Positions 1 to 12,599 of a stretch of 64,000 nt of DNA are shown one piece after another. A program made the position numbers and the translations under genes. Each line of letters opens with the position of its first letter. Position 1 is the first letter of the stretch. Source of the stretch: Dicyema japonicum (taxonomy: Eukaryota > Animalia > Dicyemida); contig RDEW01000055.1 of assembly GCA_011109175.1 (NCBI GenBank), forward strand, positions 77,516 to 141,515. The letters run 5' to 3'. A model generated the notes under the pieces. It did not search any database. It was not told the DNA's origin and saw only the letters and a program-made list of their open reading frames with translations.

Positions 1-540
1 AAAAACTCAACTCACTACTAGGTAACGCCAGGATATTTGTCGAAGGAAAATGCTGGCTACCGTGTATACTTCAAAAAATGTAGAGGAATGTATCACTAAA
101 ACTCGTGTCAGACGCGTTTATCAAGCAAATACTGACATACAATTCCGGAACATGGGGAACCTTAAAAAACGATATAGAGAAGGTAGATACTTTCCACAGA
201 AGCCAACTGCGCATTCTAACTGGAATCTTCTGGCCGAGAAAAATCTCAAACGAGAAACTATATGCTTTATGTAAATCTACACCAATTAGCATGGAAGTTA
301 TTCTATCGAGATGGCAACTATATTCTTAGACTGGAACCGACTACACCGTGTAACAGAATAATGGAAGAATATTTCAACTGCGCTGGAAGTCACGGATTTC
401 GAGGCAGACCAAGAAATACACTTCCAGTTTGCTTAAAAGATGATAACGAAACAATCGGTCGTAAATTGGTGACAAGAGACAACCTGGATGATATTCGAAT
501 GAAGGCCAGAAACAAGTTGGAGAGGATGGCGAGGAGGATA
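1..540 (+). mobile_element. RTE-clade LINE, 3' part of RT ORF (degraded)
   Basis: Frameshifted ORFs give TYNSGTWG..FHRSQLR..WPRKISN..RW..GFRGRPRNTLP, the same C-terminus as the other RTE copies in the window. Confidence 0.85.
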
Positions 541-779
541 GTTGTAAAGTATGGCTCAAGCGAAACCTTTTTAGGGCTATGTAAAGGAGTTTTAACTGAC
601 TTGACTCCATCATCAATGATTCATACTGTTGTCTCAATATCTCACAAGCTAGCAAAAAGCTAAGAACACCTTTTATGTCATTGATTAATTAGGATAACTT
701 ACTTCTTAAAGTGTGAGTTCTGCCTAATCGGAAAATAAAGTAATGAAAACACTGCTTCTCCCCGCGGAAGAGATGATAA

Positions 780-1800
780 TATCATACTTTCGGCTGGAGA
801 TAAAAACATTATCTCAGTCTCATCTCAAACACATTTGTATTCTCTAGTGTCTTGGTCATTAATAAACCACCTCTCCCACTCCCTTTCCAAGTTAGACGTC
901 ATGGAATTCATTTCTGACCGACGTCAGCTAAACATAAAACCGGAACTGAAAATCTAATGGCAAGTCCTCCCTGTATCACAACATCGAAAATCCTGGAGAA
1001 ATTTACGACCAATGGCTTTTCCCTACCACGTGGAATTGGTAGTTACAAATGCAAACAAGAAACGCCCTTCACTGGATGGCTGGATTTATATTAGATCAAG
1101 GAAACCCTTTAGAATAATCTACAAAATATAAGGACAACATTCAATCACGATAGCCCCTCCTGGGCATTATCCCCCTGCAACGTCCAAAAACTTCAGAGTC
1201 CAAAATAGAGCTATTCGAACAGTTAATTGATGTAACACATTCACACTGTTAGAGCACCTTCCCTGGAATCAACCATTCTCCCAGTGAAGAATCACCTTTG
1301 CATGAAAACTTCCTATTCTTATACGAAATTGCGAACCAGACAACCATTGCCACTTCCTGGTCACACGAATAACAACAAAAAGATAATTCTGACCATAACG
1401 AACCTGTTCGTGAATTGGCTAAAATCCCTAAGCATCTAGCGTTAAATCCAAGTTAGAGACAAAAAATGACCAAGATCATCCGAAGAATGGTCTCGAACGA
1501 TTTATTGGAGGATTACTCTGAGTCTACCCTCGACAGAGAAACAAGGAGGGCCCTAGGGGTACTTTCTTTTTAGAGACGAGTCAGGCTCTTAGCTTCCATC
1601 ACCAGACCAACTACCAATGATACTATGATAAGCTTTCTGCTTTCCGGAATTCCGGTGAATATCAAAAACTTGTGGAAGATACTATGATAAGCTTTCTGCT
1701 TTCCGGAATTCCGATGAATATCGTCCAACAATAGTTGAAGAGGGCCGGCCTTCTACAAGGTATCGAGGACAGGGCTACTAACTATCTAACTTTAATCATC
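780..1800 (+). mobile_element. Ingi/Vingi-like LINE, 3' remnant
   Basis: QNRAIRT..EHL..ILPVKNHL near 1200-1300 aligns with QNSALRIITG..DHL..ILPLYDHL at 63084-63815. Confidence 0.55.
1619..1722. repeat. Local direct duplication, 59-bp period
   Basis: gatactatgataagctttctgctttccggaattccg(g/a)tgaatatc at about 1619 and 1678. Confidence 0.9.
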
Positions 1801-1904
1801 GATCACCGTATGAACGTTCTTTAGTTAGTTTTGTGTGTTTATACTGCTTTCTTATAAAGTTAATTTGGTTGTAGTTTTTGATAACTAAACCATCAGAACT
1901 TGTC

Positions 1905-2050
1905 ATGTGACTCCCACTTTGGCATTCAGATCCCCAGCAATAAATATCAATGAAGAATGTTCATAGTACACTGCAGTGTAGAAAATATTAATTTCCTCAA
2001 GATTCTTATCAATCCATCCACTGTGCGATAACGTTTATAATTGTTAGGTT
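1905..2050 (-). mobile_element. RTE APE-endonuclease fragment
   Basis: Minus strand reads LTIINV..HSGWIDKNLEEI..SSLIFIAGDLNAKVG. Confidence 0.65.
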
Positions 2051-2162
2051 TTACAAAACGATCTGAAAGCCGTGAAGAAAACATTGGCATTTGGTGACGA
2101 CATGGACACACTGGGGAATCTGGCTAAGAACAGAAGAGCTTGGAGCAAGCTAACTCTTTCTC

Positions 2163-3400
2163 TTATATTTTTGCTGCACATGCAATAGCATTCGTGAAAG
2201 TAATAATAATAATTGTTAGGTAGATATTAAAAGGGCAAGAATCATTTATTTGTAGACGAAGTTTAGTCTTATGAGAGCCTCCAGAGGCGCCGGTTAATGA
2301 TTTCCACAAATCCAACGCACTGTTACTCTGAAACCCTCTTTGAATTCCTCTATCCAAGATATGAACTGTCCCCATGAAGCACATGCATATGAGAAACATG
2401 GCTCGATGTACTGTCAGTACACTTTCATCAGGACCAGGTGAATACCACTCTTCCATATTTTCGATAAACCTTTTAATACGTTCAGTTTCTTCTCTCATTT
2501 TAAAATAATGTTTTTACGTGCGGTGTCAAAGAGAGATTCATATCAACTGTCACATCCAAGATCTTTTGACAGCTGTTGAAAGGGACTTTCTTACTTCCCA
2601 ATCTTTTGTCAGAGGTAAAAAAGAGACGTATACGACTTCTCTGCATTCGACATGAGCAGGTTTTCCATTATTCGGATGTTAAACTCGTTCAGGTTAATTT
2701 GTATTCTTTCTGTGGTTTTCTGTATATCTCGCAAAGCCAAAACAATATTTTTAGCATAATAGAGTAGAACACCATTATCAGATTCAAAAAAGAGATCCCT
2801 GAGAGACTCCGGTGGGGAGGAGATGTAAGATGGATCTATTACTCCGAGGCATACACGTCCCATCCACCCACTTAGGAAGTTGGTGATCCAAAACTTGGGC
2901 TTCTTTGGGGGAGTAGGAAAAAAAGTCAAAAGAAAAAAGGTCAAATTTTAATTTGGAAAAAAGTCAAATCATAAATTTCTTGTCCGTATTGACTTGTATC
3001 CAGGGAACACCTGGGTAGGACTGTTTATAGGCAGTTTCGTCTCTTGAATCAAAGCCACGTAGATCTTCAGCTCCGCCAGGAGAGAGCGTAGTAACAATAT
3101 TTGCCCCTTACTCCATTGACATTTAGTTTTAGAATCGTGGTCCGTTTCTTGCGGTGTGCTATGGGTTCCATACGGGTAGATGAGGCTGAAAGCGCGTGCC
3201 TCCGTGGAGACAGTTTTCATCGGAAGTAAATGTTTAATGGTTCTCTTTGGAGGAACATTAGGTGTCTTCTGGGCGTTACCAATACTTACAGAATTGGTTT
3301 CCAAGTGAGGTGCATGGTAATGATTTGAGCCAAGCTCCACTCTCGTTCGTCGATGCAGAATCCAGACAAGTCGGACGATGCTGATCAAGCACAGGTTTTA
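2163..3400 (-). mobile_element. Ingi/Vingi-like LINE with internal deletions (EN start, RT piece, 3' end)
   Basis: YVALIQETKL (EN), WITNFLSG..GRVCLG (RT) and a DLW-containing C-terminus in successive minus ORFs. Confidence 0.7.
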
Positions 3401-3419
3401 TCTCTTCTATGATCTTAAG

Positions 3420-3830
3420 CATAATAGTTTGTCCCATTCTCGTTGATTATTAGCGTTATTAGGGAATCCATACTCAGTCGCGTCCAGACTTCCCGAACCA
3501 TGCACACCATTGTTCAACGTCCAATCCGTTAATGTAGCGTAGGATCTGACGTGTGAGATCACTAGAAGCGAATATCGAAGATAGAAAGGCAGGGAGGGTG
3601 AGTTCTAGTGGTGAGCGTATTCCAAATCCTCCGTAGCCAAGCTGTAGTTTTTATTGGATCCAGTCAGTTCTATCAAAAGAAATGTTGAGTGTTTCTTCAA
3701 CGGCAGTCCTCCGTTTTTTGTCGATGTCTCTTAAGAAGTTTATGTCCGTGAAACATGGTGCTTTCCGTATAAGAAAAAGGAGTTAGGTGAAAATTCCTGA
3801 GGAAGAATAAATACGTGCAGATAGAGGAGA
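3420..3830 (-). mobile_element. CRE-clade fragment (post-RT region)
   Basis: Minus strand reads APCF..FLRDID..VEETLNISFD..W..GG.GIRSPLELTLPAFLSS, collinear with the element at 13865-15990. Confidence 0.7.
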
Positions 3831-3959
3831 GCCAAGAAAAATTGCGTTTTCGTCAACCAAAAACGACAATAGACAATAAACAACGACATTTCGTCAACCA
3901 ATATCGACATGTGGTCAATCAATAACGACAATAGTCCATCAATAACGCCAGAAAATTAA

Positions 3960-4410
3960 CTTAAGTTGAATCAAGAAATTTTAAAGATTTCCTCATTAAC
4001 AGCACCATCAACAATAGAATGATAGACCATATCATGTGCAGTCATTGCGGCCATTAATGAGATATTCCTACTACGTACCTGTGGCAAACTAATACGCGCA
4101 AAACTACCTTTTTCCGATCTCCCAAAGCGGACGCGCTGAAAGTCATTGTAACCTAACCTATTTCGCTATCTCCAACATCAAATAAAATTTATTGGAAATT
4201 CGTCCATTTTCCAATCGTGTCTCAATGTTTTTTTACAGTTTCTTCTATCAGGAATAATTTTGAGAGTTTTCATTGTGGAATGAAATTCATTTAAACAGCG
4301 ATTGATGGTGCTTGTACTTATGGATTTCTCAATCTCCTCACACAGTTTTATTTTCAACGCCCCGAGGTCATTGCTGCATTTTCATCAACCCACTTCCTTT
4401 CACAGAACCA
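3960..4410 (-). mobile_element. IS630/Tc1-mariner transposase remnant
   Basis: Minus strand reads SISTSTINRCLNEFHSTMKTLKIIPDRRN..GRSEKGSFARISLPQVRSRNISLMAAM..DGAVNEEIF, with stops and frameshifts. Short motif repeats adjacent at 3845-3950. Confidence 0.75.
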
Positions 4411-4413
4411 AAG

Positions 4414-4542
4414 AACGTTATATTAACTAAGGTTTCGTTTGTTCTACACGTTTCAGATTTGTTTCACTAGGCGTCGCCATTGCCCTCTTCTTTGCGCATC
4501 TGTCCGTAGATCTTCTAGGTCTTCTGCAGATTTAAGTTTTCT
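4414..4542 (-). mobile_element. Inverted copy of the RTE-A 3' end abutting the RTE-A 5' end
   Basis: Reverse complement aligns with 12385-12514 at roughly 85-90% identity. Confidence 0.9.
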
Positions 4543-7523
4543 TTTTGGTTGAATTGGTGAAGTGGTTCTTGAATTATTATGTCTATTTCACACATGTCGA
4601 ATGATCTCTGCACACTGGCGTCATTCAACGTCCGAGGATTGAAAGAAAAACATAAAAGGGAGGATTTAATAGGTGACTTAACATCATACAAAGTCACTGT
4701 ATGCAGTATACAGGAGACTAAAGGAAGGATGCAGTTGGGAAGAATTACGGAGAGTTTAGACTTGTACTACTAGACTCCTAATGCAACCACTACGGACTTG
4801 GCTTTGCTATACATAAATGTCTTGATATGAGAATCCACAGAGTGTGGAGTGAATGACAGAATAGCAGTACTTCAGATTAAGAGTGGGAGGACTGATAATT
4901 TCTTTATATCCATAATTAATGTCTACGCGCCCACAATGTTGAGGGTTTCTACAAATCCCGATGAACTTGATCTGTTTTACATGTCACTAACGGATGCCAT
5001 CTCTGAGCTTCAACCTTTTTATGTGAAGATTGGAATGCTAAAGTGGGACACTGTCCATGGAGAGAATCCTGTATGGGTAGATATGCCAAGGAAAGGAGGA
5101 ATATGTCATGAGAATCGCTCGTGCAATTTTGTAACATGTTTGATTACTTCATTTGTAATTCTGCATTCGACCACAATGCGAGGCATAAGACTACGTGGAC
5201 TGGACTCAGAAAGGATGGAAATGGTGACTATGTCCGGATATACAACCAGATTGAATATGTTATATGTAAAAGATCTCTTTGTGCTTTACTAACAGACTCC
5301 CGCAGCTATGGAGGCACCATCACTTATAGTGATCATAAACTGCTGGTTGCACGTTTCAGAATGAAAAGATATTTCGGAATAGATGGAGTTAGAAAGAAGA
5401 GAGCTTATCTGGATCGTTTTATTGTGGAAAAATTATGCTTATGTGAGAAGACTCGTGAAGATTATTATATGGCAATTAAGAAGGGACTCGCGGTTGAGTT
5501 AGTGACGTGGCTCTTTAAATGCAGTCTGAAAAATACAAGATTCAATGGGATGGCCTCAACCTACTCTCGTTTAATGTCAGGGGGATCTCGAAGACATGGA
5601 TGAGGAAAACACTGTGCGATGATTTAGACAAGTACCGCGTCTCTATCGGATGTCTGCAAGAAACGAAGGTCTCTGATGGATGCTGTGAACACTATGGAAC
5701 CTATAAACTTATTCTCTTCCCTAGTGAGTCTAAACATTACGGACAAGGTTTCGCAGTGAACATCTTGTACCACGGATACATCAATTTTGGAAAGTCAACG
5801 ACAGGATTAGTGTTCTGCAAATTAGGATGAATGACATGTGCCCTTCCAAAAGCTACATGACAGTCATTAACGTGTATGCTCCACATAGTGGCAGATTTTT
5901 GAAAAATCCTGAGGAACTGGATGACTTCTACTGTCAACTATTGAGGACGTACTCGGAATACGAATCTTCGTCGTTGATATTTATTGCCGGGGACTTTAAC
6001 GCTAAAGTTGGGATGCGACGCAGTGGAGAGGAATCGTTCATCGGCAGGCATGGACGGGGGTGGAGAAACACCCCGGGAACACTACTGGCCAATTTCTGTC
6101 AAGCGAATGATCTTTTCATAGGAAACACTGCCTTTATGCACCCAGCTCGCCACAGGAGCACATGGACTGGCCATAGAACGAACTCGGAAAACAAAAGTGT
6201 CAATATTTATAATCAAATTGATTACATCATTTGTCGGACCAAGGACAAACACCTACTGAATGATGCCCGTTCTTATGGAGGGTCGATGATAAATAGTGAC
6301 CATAAAATGGTTATTGGCAAGTTCTCCTTGAAGAAATACTACATTGGCAGGAAGAACCTGAGTCTAAGCAAAACGCTACCACCTTACCATACCCATGTAT
6401 ATATGACTGAGAAGCTCTGGTCTCAGCCGCTGCTGGTGACAAACTACCAAAAACATATAGAGAACCACCTATATACATTACCAGATAATATGACTATACA
6501 AGACCTATGGGATCAGACCAAAAGCATTATTTGCCTTGCCGCAAACACCCACCTTGGAGTGAGACGGCAGACAACCGGAAATATGTCACTTGGCCATCCA
6601 GACTCCTTATTACTGCAAAACAACAACGAGAAAGATGGATACAGAGTCTAAACACGACGGATATACATATCAAAAACAAACTACGAACTTTTTTTTTTTT
6701 TTTAACGAACAAAAATTTATTAACAATAAAATATTATTTATTAACTATGAGGGAGAGCGGCTGCTGACATCACGGAGTAAGCGTTTCCGCGAATAACAGC
6801 GATACCAAACTACGAACTGAACGAAATATTATCAAGAGAAGAATCATGAAACTTAACAATGAACACTCAAAGAATGTCTTCTTATCATACCTTCTCGAGC
6901 TGGAGCAACTAAAGGACAATGCACAAATGTTTGCTGCAGTCCGATTAGTGCAAGGAAAGAAAAAAGCAACAATACATGTCACGGATGGGAACGGGAAGCT
7001 TATTTCAAGCCCAGAAGAACAAGTCGAATTGATCGCCTCCCACTTCGAAAGACTACTCGATACGAACAGTCATGATCTCGATCCTTTTATCGGAGAACCA
7101 CGGACTTTGGGAACAGTCATCACACCCGAGGAAGTCCAATACGCGTGCAGTAAGCTGAAGAATCGCAGGAGCGCAGGACCGGACAGCATTCCTCCTGAAT
7201 TGCTGAAATATGGACCAATATGCCTTTTCAAAACCATTGCAACATTGCTTAACGGAGTTTTTACGTCGAACTCGGTCCTACCCCTGGGAAATGGAACATT
7301 GATACGTATACAAAAGCCTAACAAACCAAAAGTACAACTAGAAAATTTACGTCCAGTCATTTTATTAAACACATTACGCAAAGCTCTTGCGTCTGTTGCT
7401 TTGGACCGCTTAAAACATCCTGCAGGAAATTACCTATCAGCATGTGTCACATGGGCGGCGTAACGCATGGGCAGCCTGTTACATTTTTTCGACCTTGAAA
7501 AGGTCTTTTGATTATCCGACATT

Positions 7524-7889
7524 ATTATTATTATTACCCCCAGGATCACTGGGTCAAAGAGAAAGAAATAAAAGTTCTCATCTAACTAAGTGATCCCAGA
7601 CCGACAAAGGTGAGAATTATTATTATTACCCCAGGATCACTGGGTCAAAAAGAAAGAAATAAAAGTTCTCATCTAACTAAGTGATCCCAGACCGACAAAG
7701 GTGAGGACGAGTCCGGCAGGGTCGAGAATCCTGAACAGCTCTTCTCATTGGACATGGCTTCGGCTCAAAATTTCTGTATGATTGTAGATAATTCGATAGT
7801 ATTTGGAATAGAGGGCAGCTTGGTAGAACAGCCTCCTTTAATAATTTCCGTTGTAGTTCAATTAAAAGGTGAGGATGAGTCCCTCATTG
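7524..7889 (-). mobile_element. 5'-truncated LINE 3' end inside the Ginger element, with a duplicated tail segment
   Basis: 14-bp TSD GATTATCCGACATT (7510-7523, 7890-7903). (TAA)n tail on minus. The ~88-bp terminal segment including the tail is tandemly duplicated. Confidence 0.8.
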
Positions 7890-8031
7890 GATTATCCGAC
7901 ATTTAATTTTATATATCCGATTTATATCGTGATTTAATCCTGTTAAATTAGTTTTTTATTCATAAATGTTATGATTATAAAGATTTTATTTTTTATAGCG
8001 GTAAACCTAGATTTCTAGCGTGATTTATAGC

Positions 8032-9530
8032 ATGGAAGATTATTTTGTTGCAATGGCTTCTTACAAGGGTTTTGTGAAAGATTGCGTTGAATATCAAACT
8101 TTAAAAGATGCTTTGCATGATAAATTTCCCGAAAATCTTCCGAGGCACCGAAAATATAGGCTTGTAAAGAAGATAGAGAATTTTTCTATTATCAATGACA
8201 GGTATTGTAAATTTTTAATAATTTTAGACTGTATCTTAAATCAACTGATCCCAAGTTAGTCATATCCCTGGATAATGAAACCAAAATGGACCATGTTGCG
8301 AAATCGTTGCACGAGTTTTCACACGGAGGAGTCAATAAAATTGAGTATGAATGTCGACAAAAAATACTTCACTGTAAAGAATGAGATTATCAGAAAAGTC
8401 ATTCGAAATTGTGAAGTCTGCAAATTTTCGCGTCCTTTAAAAGTTCGTGATTTTTTATAATTGTAGATTGGAGATATAAATCACCATGTGTTTGCTTCTT
8501 CTCCAAATGAACGTTTTCAGGTAGATCTAATAGACCTGAAAAAATTTTCAACATTAAATGAAAATTTCAAATGGATTTTAACGGTCATTGACATATATAG
8601 TAGGCTGGTTTTTTTTAATTTATAGATTCGCTTTTGTACGACCACTCTATAATAAGTCTGGTAAAGAAGTATGTGAAAACTTAAGATCTTTGTTCCGCCT
8701 GAATGGGCCATGTAAATTTCTTCAGTCGGACAATGGTTCTGAATTTAAAAATCAAGAAATAACAAAACTTTGCGAAGATTTTAACATTAAGCAAATTCAC
8801 GGAAGGCCTAACAATCCACGAGCACAAGGAATTGTCGAAAGATTTAATCAGACGATCACGAGGAAGTTGTCAAAAATGCTGGATAACAGTGAAAAAAAGT
8901 GGCTTGATAAATTAGAAAGTGCTGTCTACAGTTACAACATATCGGTCCATTCATTTTCTAACGAAAGTCCTTTCGAAAGATATCGAGGAATTAAGGGAAT
9001 AAATTCAATAATTAATGGTTATACTTATATCACATTATGACTTAGATAATTTAAGTGATGAGTGTGCGATTCCAGAACAAATTGACGATTTGGTTAATTG
9101 TTCGACTCCAGAATCTATTGAAAATTCACGTAGTTTGATTTAAAAAATTTATATCTAGATAATTCCCAGTCAGATAATTTGTGTCCGAATGCGAAGAGAT
9201 TCAACTTCGAAATTAAATCGATTGAAGAAAATTCGAATTATTACAAAGCTATGAACAGGAAAATGAATGTTCATAATAGTAAATATACTTTTAACATGGG
9301 AGATAAAGTATGAATCAAAAACATTAATAAATAGGTTCGGGCTAAAAAGGACTTTGGAACAAATCCCTCATTGCGACTGGATAAGTTTGAGTCTCAGTAT
9401 TATCCAGTTGCAGAAATAATTAATATTTTATCGAATAATCGCATGGAGGTAGTTTTAAATAGTTTAATTTGATAGATAAAAAATTCGAAAGGAGAAATAT
9501 CGACTGTATTAATGATAATGACTGTAAGTA
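8032..9530 (+). pseudogene. Ginger integrase (HHCC zinc finger + DDE) with 7 tiny introns and one frameshift
   Basis: LHEFSHGG..CEVC; QVDLID..VIDIYSRF; LQSDNGSEF..RAQGIVERFNQ. Introns 8202-8227, 8443-8466, 8604-8625 (GC-AG), 9018-9045, 9130-9158, 9308-9334, 9449-9475. Extra A at about 8362. Confidence 0.8.
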
Positions 9531-11072
9531 ACTAAAAAAAGTTACTTAAATTTAATTTTTTGTGGTTAATAAATCATATATAAAATTAATTGAAGTTAAT
9601 CTTGGTTCAAGGTTAATGTAACAGGCTGCCCATAGGTAACGCTTGGCCCCATGTGACAGCATGCCATAGTGGATTTCGTGAAGGAAGGTCGACAGCGGAC
9701 ATTCTGTGGAGCCACAGGTGGCGGTGTGCAACGGCTCAAAGATACAAAAATGCCACGACCATCCTGGGGATCGATATGTCAAGAGCTTTCGACACCATTA
9801 GCCGACACAAGCTAATGGTTGTCCTTCATCAATTTGTGGACCAATCATTGCTACGGATAATCAGAGTACTTCTTTCAAGTACTGAACTGTCAGTCCGAAT
9901 TGGGAGAACTCTATCCCGACCATTCAAAACTACAATCGGCACTCCTCAGGGAGACTCCCTCTCCCCTTACTATTTGTGATATATCTCGAAGCTGCACTAA
10001 AGGATCTAAGAATTTGCTATGAAGGAAAAATAAACGAAGTCGTATACGCGGATGATGTGGATTTTATATCCGAGGATACAGAAGCTCTCACACATCTGCT
10101 GGAAAATGCACCTGACAAACTGGGGGAATGGTTCCTCATCGTTAACAGGGCCAAAACGGAAATCACGGAAATCAAAAGAATGGACAACATCCTTAATGAA
10201 CGTTGGCGACATGTTAATAAGCTTGGATCCCTATCGGGGGACACAGAAGACATCATCAAAAGGAAAACACTTGCAGGAGTAGCAATGCGAAAACTCAAAA
10301 AGGGATGGCTGAAAGGACTAGATGTCAATCTGCGGATACGCATGTACAATGCATTTGTGAAACGATACTGACATACAATGCTGGTACTTGGGCCTGTACA
10401 GGTGCGGAATCAATGGCTCTCGATGGGTTCCACAGAAAACAGCTTAGAGTATTATTTGGCATGCAGTGGCCGGCCAGAATCTCGAATACCGGTATTTACA
10501 AAAAATGCAAGAGTAGGCCTCTAAGCCTGGAAATCACTGACGCCCGGTGGAGACTGTTTGGTCACGTACTACGCATGGATCTTGCTGCCCCGGCTAATGT
10601 GGCGATGGAGGACCATTTCATGTTCGAGGGCAAATGCTTCCGTGGCAGACCAAGGATGACCCTACCTATCATGCTGCACAAAGACCTCCAAAGGATAAAG
10701 ACGGGAGACGATCTGGACATGCTGAGATCGACTGCGTGTAACCGTGGAGGATGGAAGAGGCTAACTAATAATATTGTTTCTTGTATTGCACATGCTTTGC
10801 TATAACTATTATGGCAAGGCGATAAGTGCTGTAATAATAATTAAGAAGGGAACTGGGAGATAAATATGGAAAATCCTCCAGAGATTATTTGAAATGCTAC
10901 TGTTGATGGAATAAAGAAAGCAAGTTTCGACGTGCTTGGGGAAAAAAGACCGGCAAGATTTAAAGGGGTCTTCGATCACGAAATTGGATCAATTAAACAA
11001 AAAAATTGCGGCTGAGAATGGAATCATGTACAAATAATGATACTTACGAGTTAAGAAGAGAAAAAAGAAATT

Positions 11073-11158
11073 TTATTATCAAATGAATAAAAATTAAATT
11101 AAGGCATCTGAATGGCCATGCTATTTCCCCTAACAATAGCCAACGAGATACGTTCTCG
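11073..11158 (-). mobile_element. ~85-bp 3' tip of the CRE element inserted in RTE-A
   Basis: Near-identical to 13872-13957. Imperfect TSD gaagagaaa(aaa)gaaat on both sides. Confidence 0.8.
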
Positions 11159-12599
11159 GAAGAGAAAGAAATCGTATTGTCAAGGAGATTAGAAGGAGGA
11201 AGAAGGAAATTTATGTCAAGAAAATTGACGAACAGTGAAATTGAAAAGTTGGGATACGGAACGCAAATGTTTTGAGCAGTTCACCTTTTACAGAGGGGAG
11301 TTCAACCTACGAATATTTGTATTCACGACAGTCAAGGAAGAAATGTATTGGATAATAAGAACTGATATTATTGCCGAACATTTTTCAGGACTTTTGAATG
11401 TAAATGAAACCTCATATGTGGAGCCATTTGAGAAATCACCAAGAAGCCTGAATTTTACTGACATCTATAGAGGAAACCAATCTGGCAATCATTAAATTAA
11501 CCAACAACAGGGCAACGGGACCAGACAACATACATAAAGAAATGATCAAGTATGCATCAGGGGAACTGAAAACCTCATTACAAAGATTTTCAATAAGGTA
11601 TTTGAGACGGATTCCCACTTGAAACTTAGTGATGGAATTTTGATTCCTCTGCATAAAATAGAAAAAGGCGGCACTGAGAGCTCTTAGAACAAAAATTGAA
11701 GAATGCATGCCGAGAAAGATTATATATGCAGATGACATAGATTTTGTGTCAGAAAATAATCTGGAACTTGGACTTGCTTTAAAGAAAATCCCTGGAGAAT
11801 TTAAGAATTGGTCTCTGCGAGTTAATCAGGAAAAGAACGAACACATAGAAATCACAAAGGAATTAAAATATATTGATGGAAGTGGAGGAAAAAGAGGAAA
11901 TTGGGATCCTTACTTGGTGATAGTGAGGAAATGATGTATAGAAGAGTCCTAGCCACTGTATAAGAAAATGCAGAAGATTTGGAGTCGACAAAAACTAATA
12001 AAAACAAATCTAGGAATAATACTATACATCTCATATATAAAGCCGGTTCTTATGTACAACTCGAGTACATGGGGGGTCACAGAGGTAGAGCTCAAGAAAA
12101 TGGATATATTTAATCGAAAACAATTACGCAATTCATTGGGCCTAGGTTTGCCCAAGAAGATTTCAAATAAGAAATTATACTTTGTGGCACAATCGAGGAA
12201 AATAAGCATCGACATTATTGAATCAAGGTGGAGACTGTTCGGGCACGTGCTTAGAATGGACATAAACGCCCCTGCAAATATAATAATGGACAATTACTTT
12301 AACAATGAGAACTAACCATCGTTCAGAGGAAAACCTAGAGTCACCCTCCCTGTGGCTCTAAACAAGGATCTTAATAGAATTGGAAGAAAACTTAAATCTG
12401 CAGAAGACCTAGAAGATTTACAGACAGATCCGCAAAGCAGAGGCCGATGGAGACGCCTAGTGAAGCAAATTTCGAAACGTCTGGCAAAAACGGGACCTTA
12501 GTTAATATAACGTTATTTAGTACTTTATAATAATAATTGCTTTTTTGCATGGGCTTAATTTCGGAAGGGCTTATATTTTTGGTAAAAATTGGCACACAT

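Larger units (their letters stand above)
7445..9658 (+). mobile_element. Ginger2/TDD-like DNA transposon
   Basis: Imperfect 41-44 bp TIRs with TGT...ACA ends (7445-7485, 9615-9658). 5-bp TSD GCATG (7440-7444, 9659-9663). Internal rve integrase. Confidence 0.92.
5487..10838 (+). mobile_element. RTE-B: near full-length RTE inserted in RTE-A, 13-bp TSD
   Basis: TSD AATTAAGAAGGGA at 5474-5486 and 10839-10851. EN, RT (QGDSLSP, YADD) and (TAA)n tail. RT frame GNYLSA|CHSGFREGRST is restored when the Ginger element is removed. Confidence 0.92.
4542..12540 (+). mobile_element. RTE-A: originally full-length RTE, interrupted by RTE-B and a CRE tip
   Basis: Leader, then LASFNVRGL..IQETK EN (4579-5480). 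Resumes after 10852 with linker, RT (YADDIDF at about 11725) and C-terminus. (TAA)n tail at about 12535. Confidence 0.85.
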
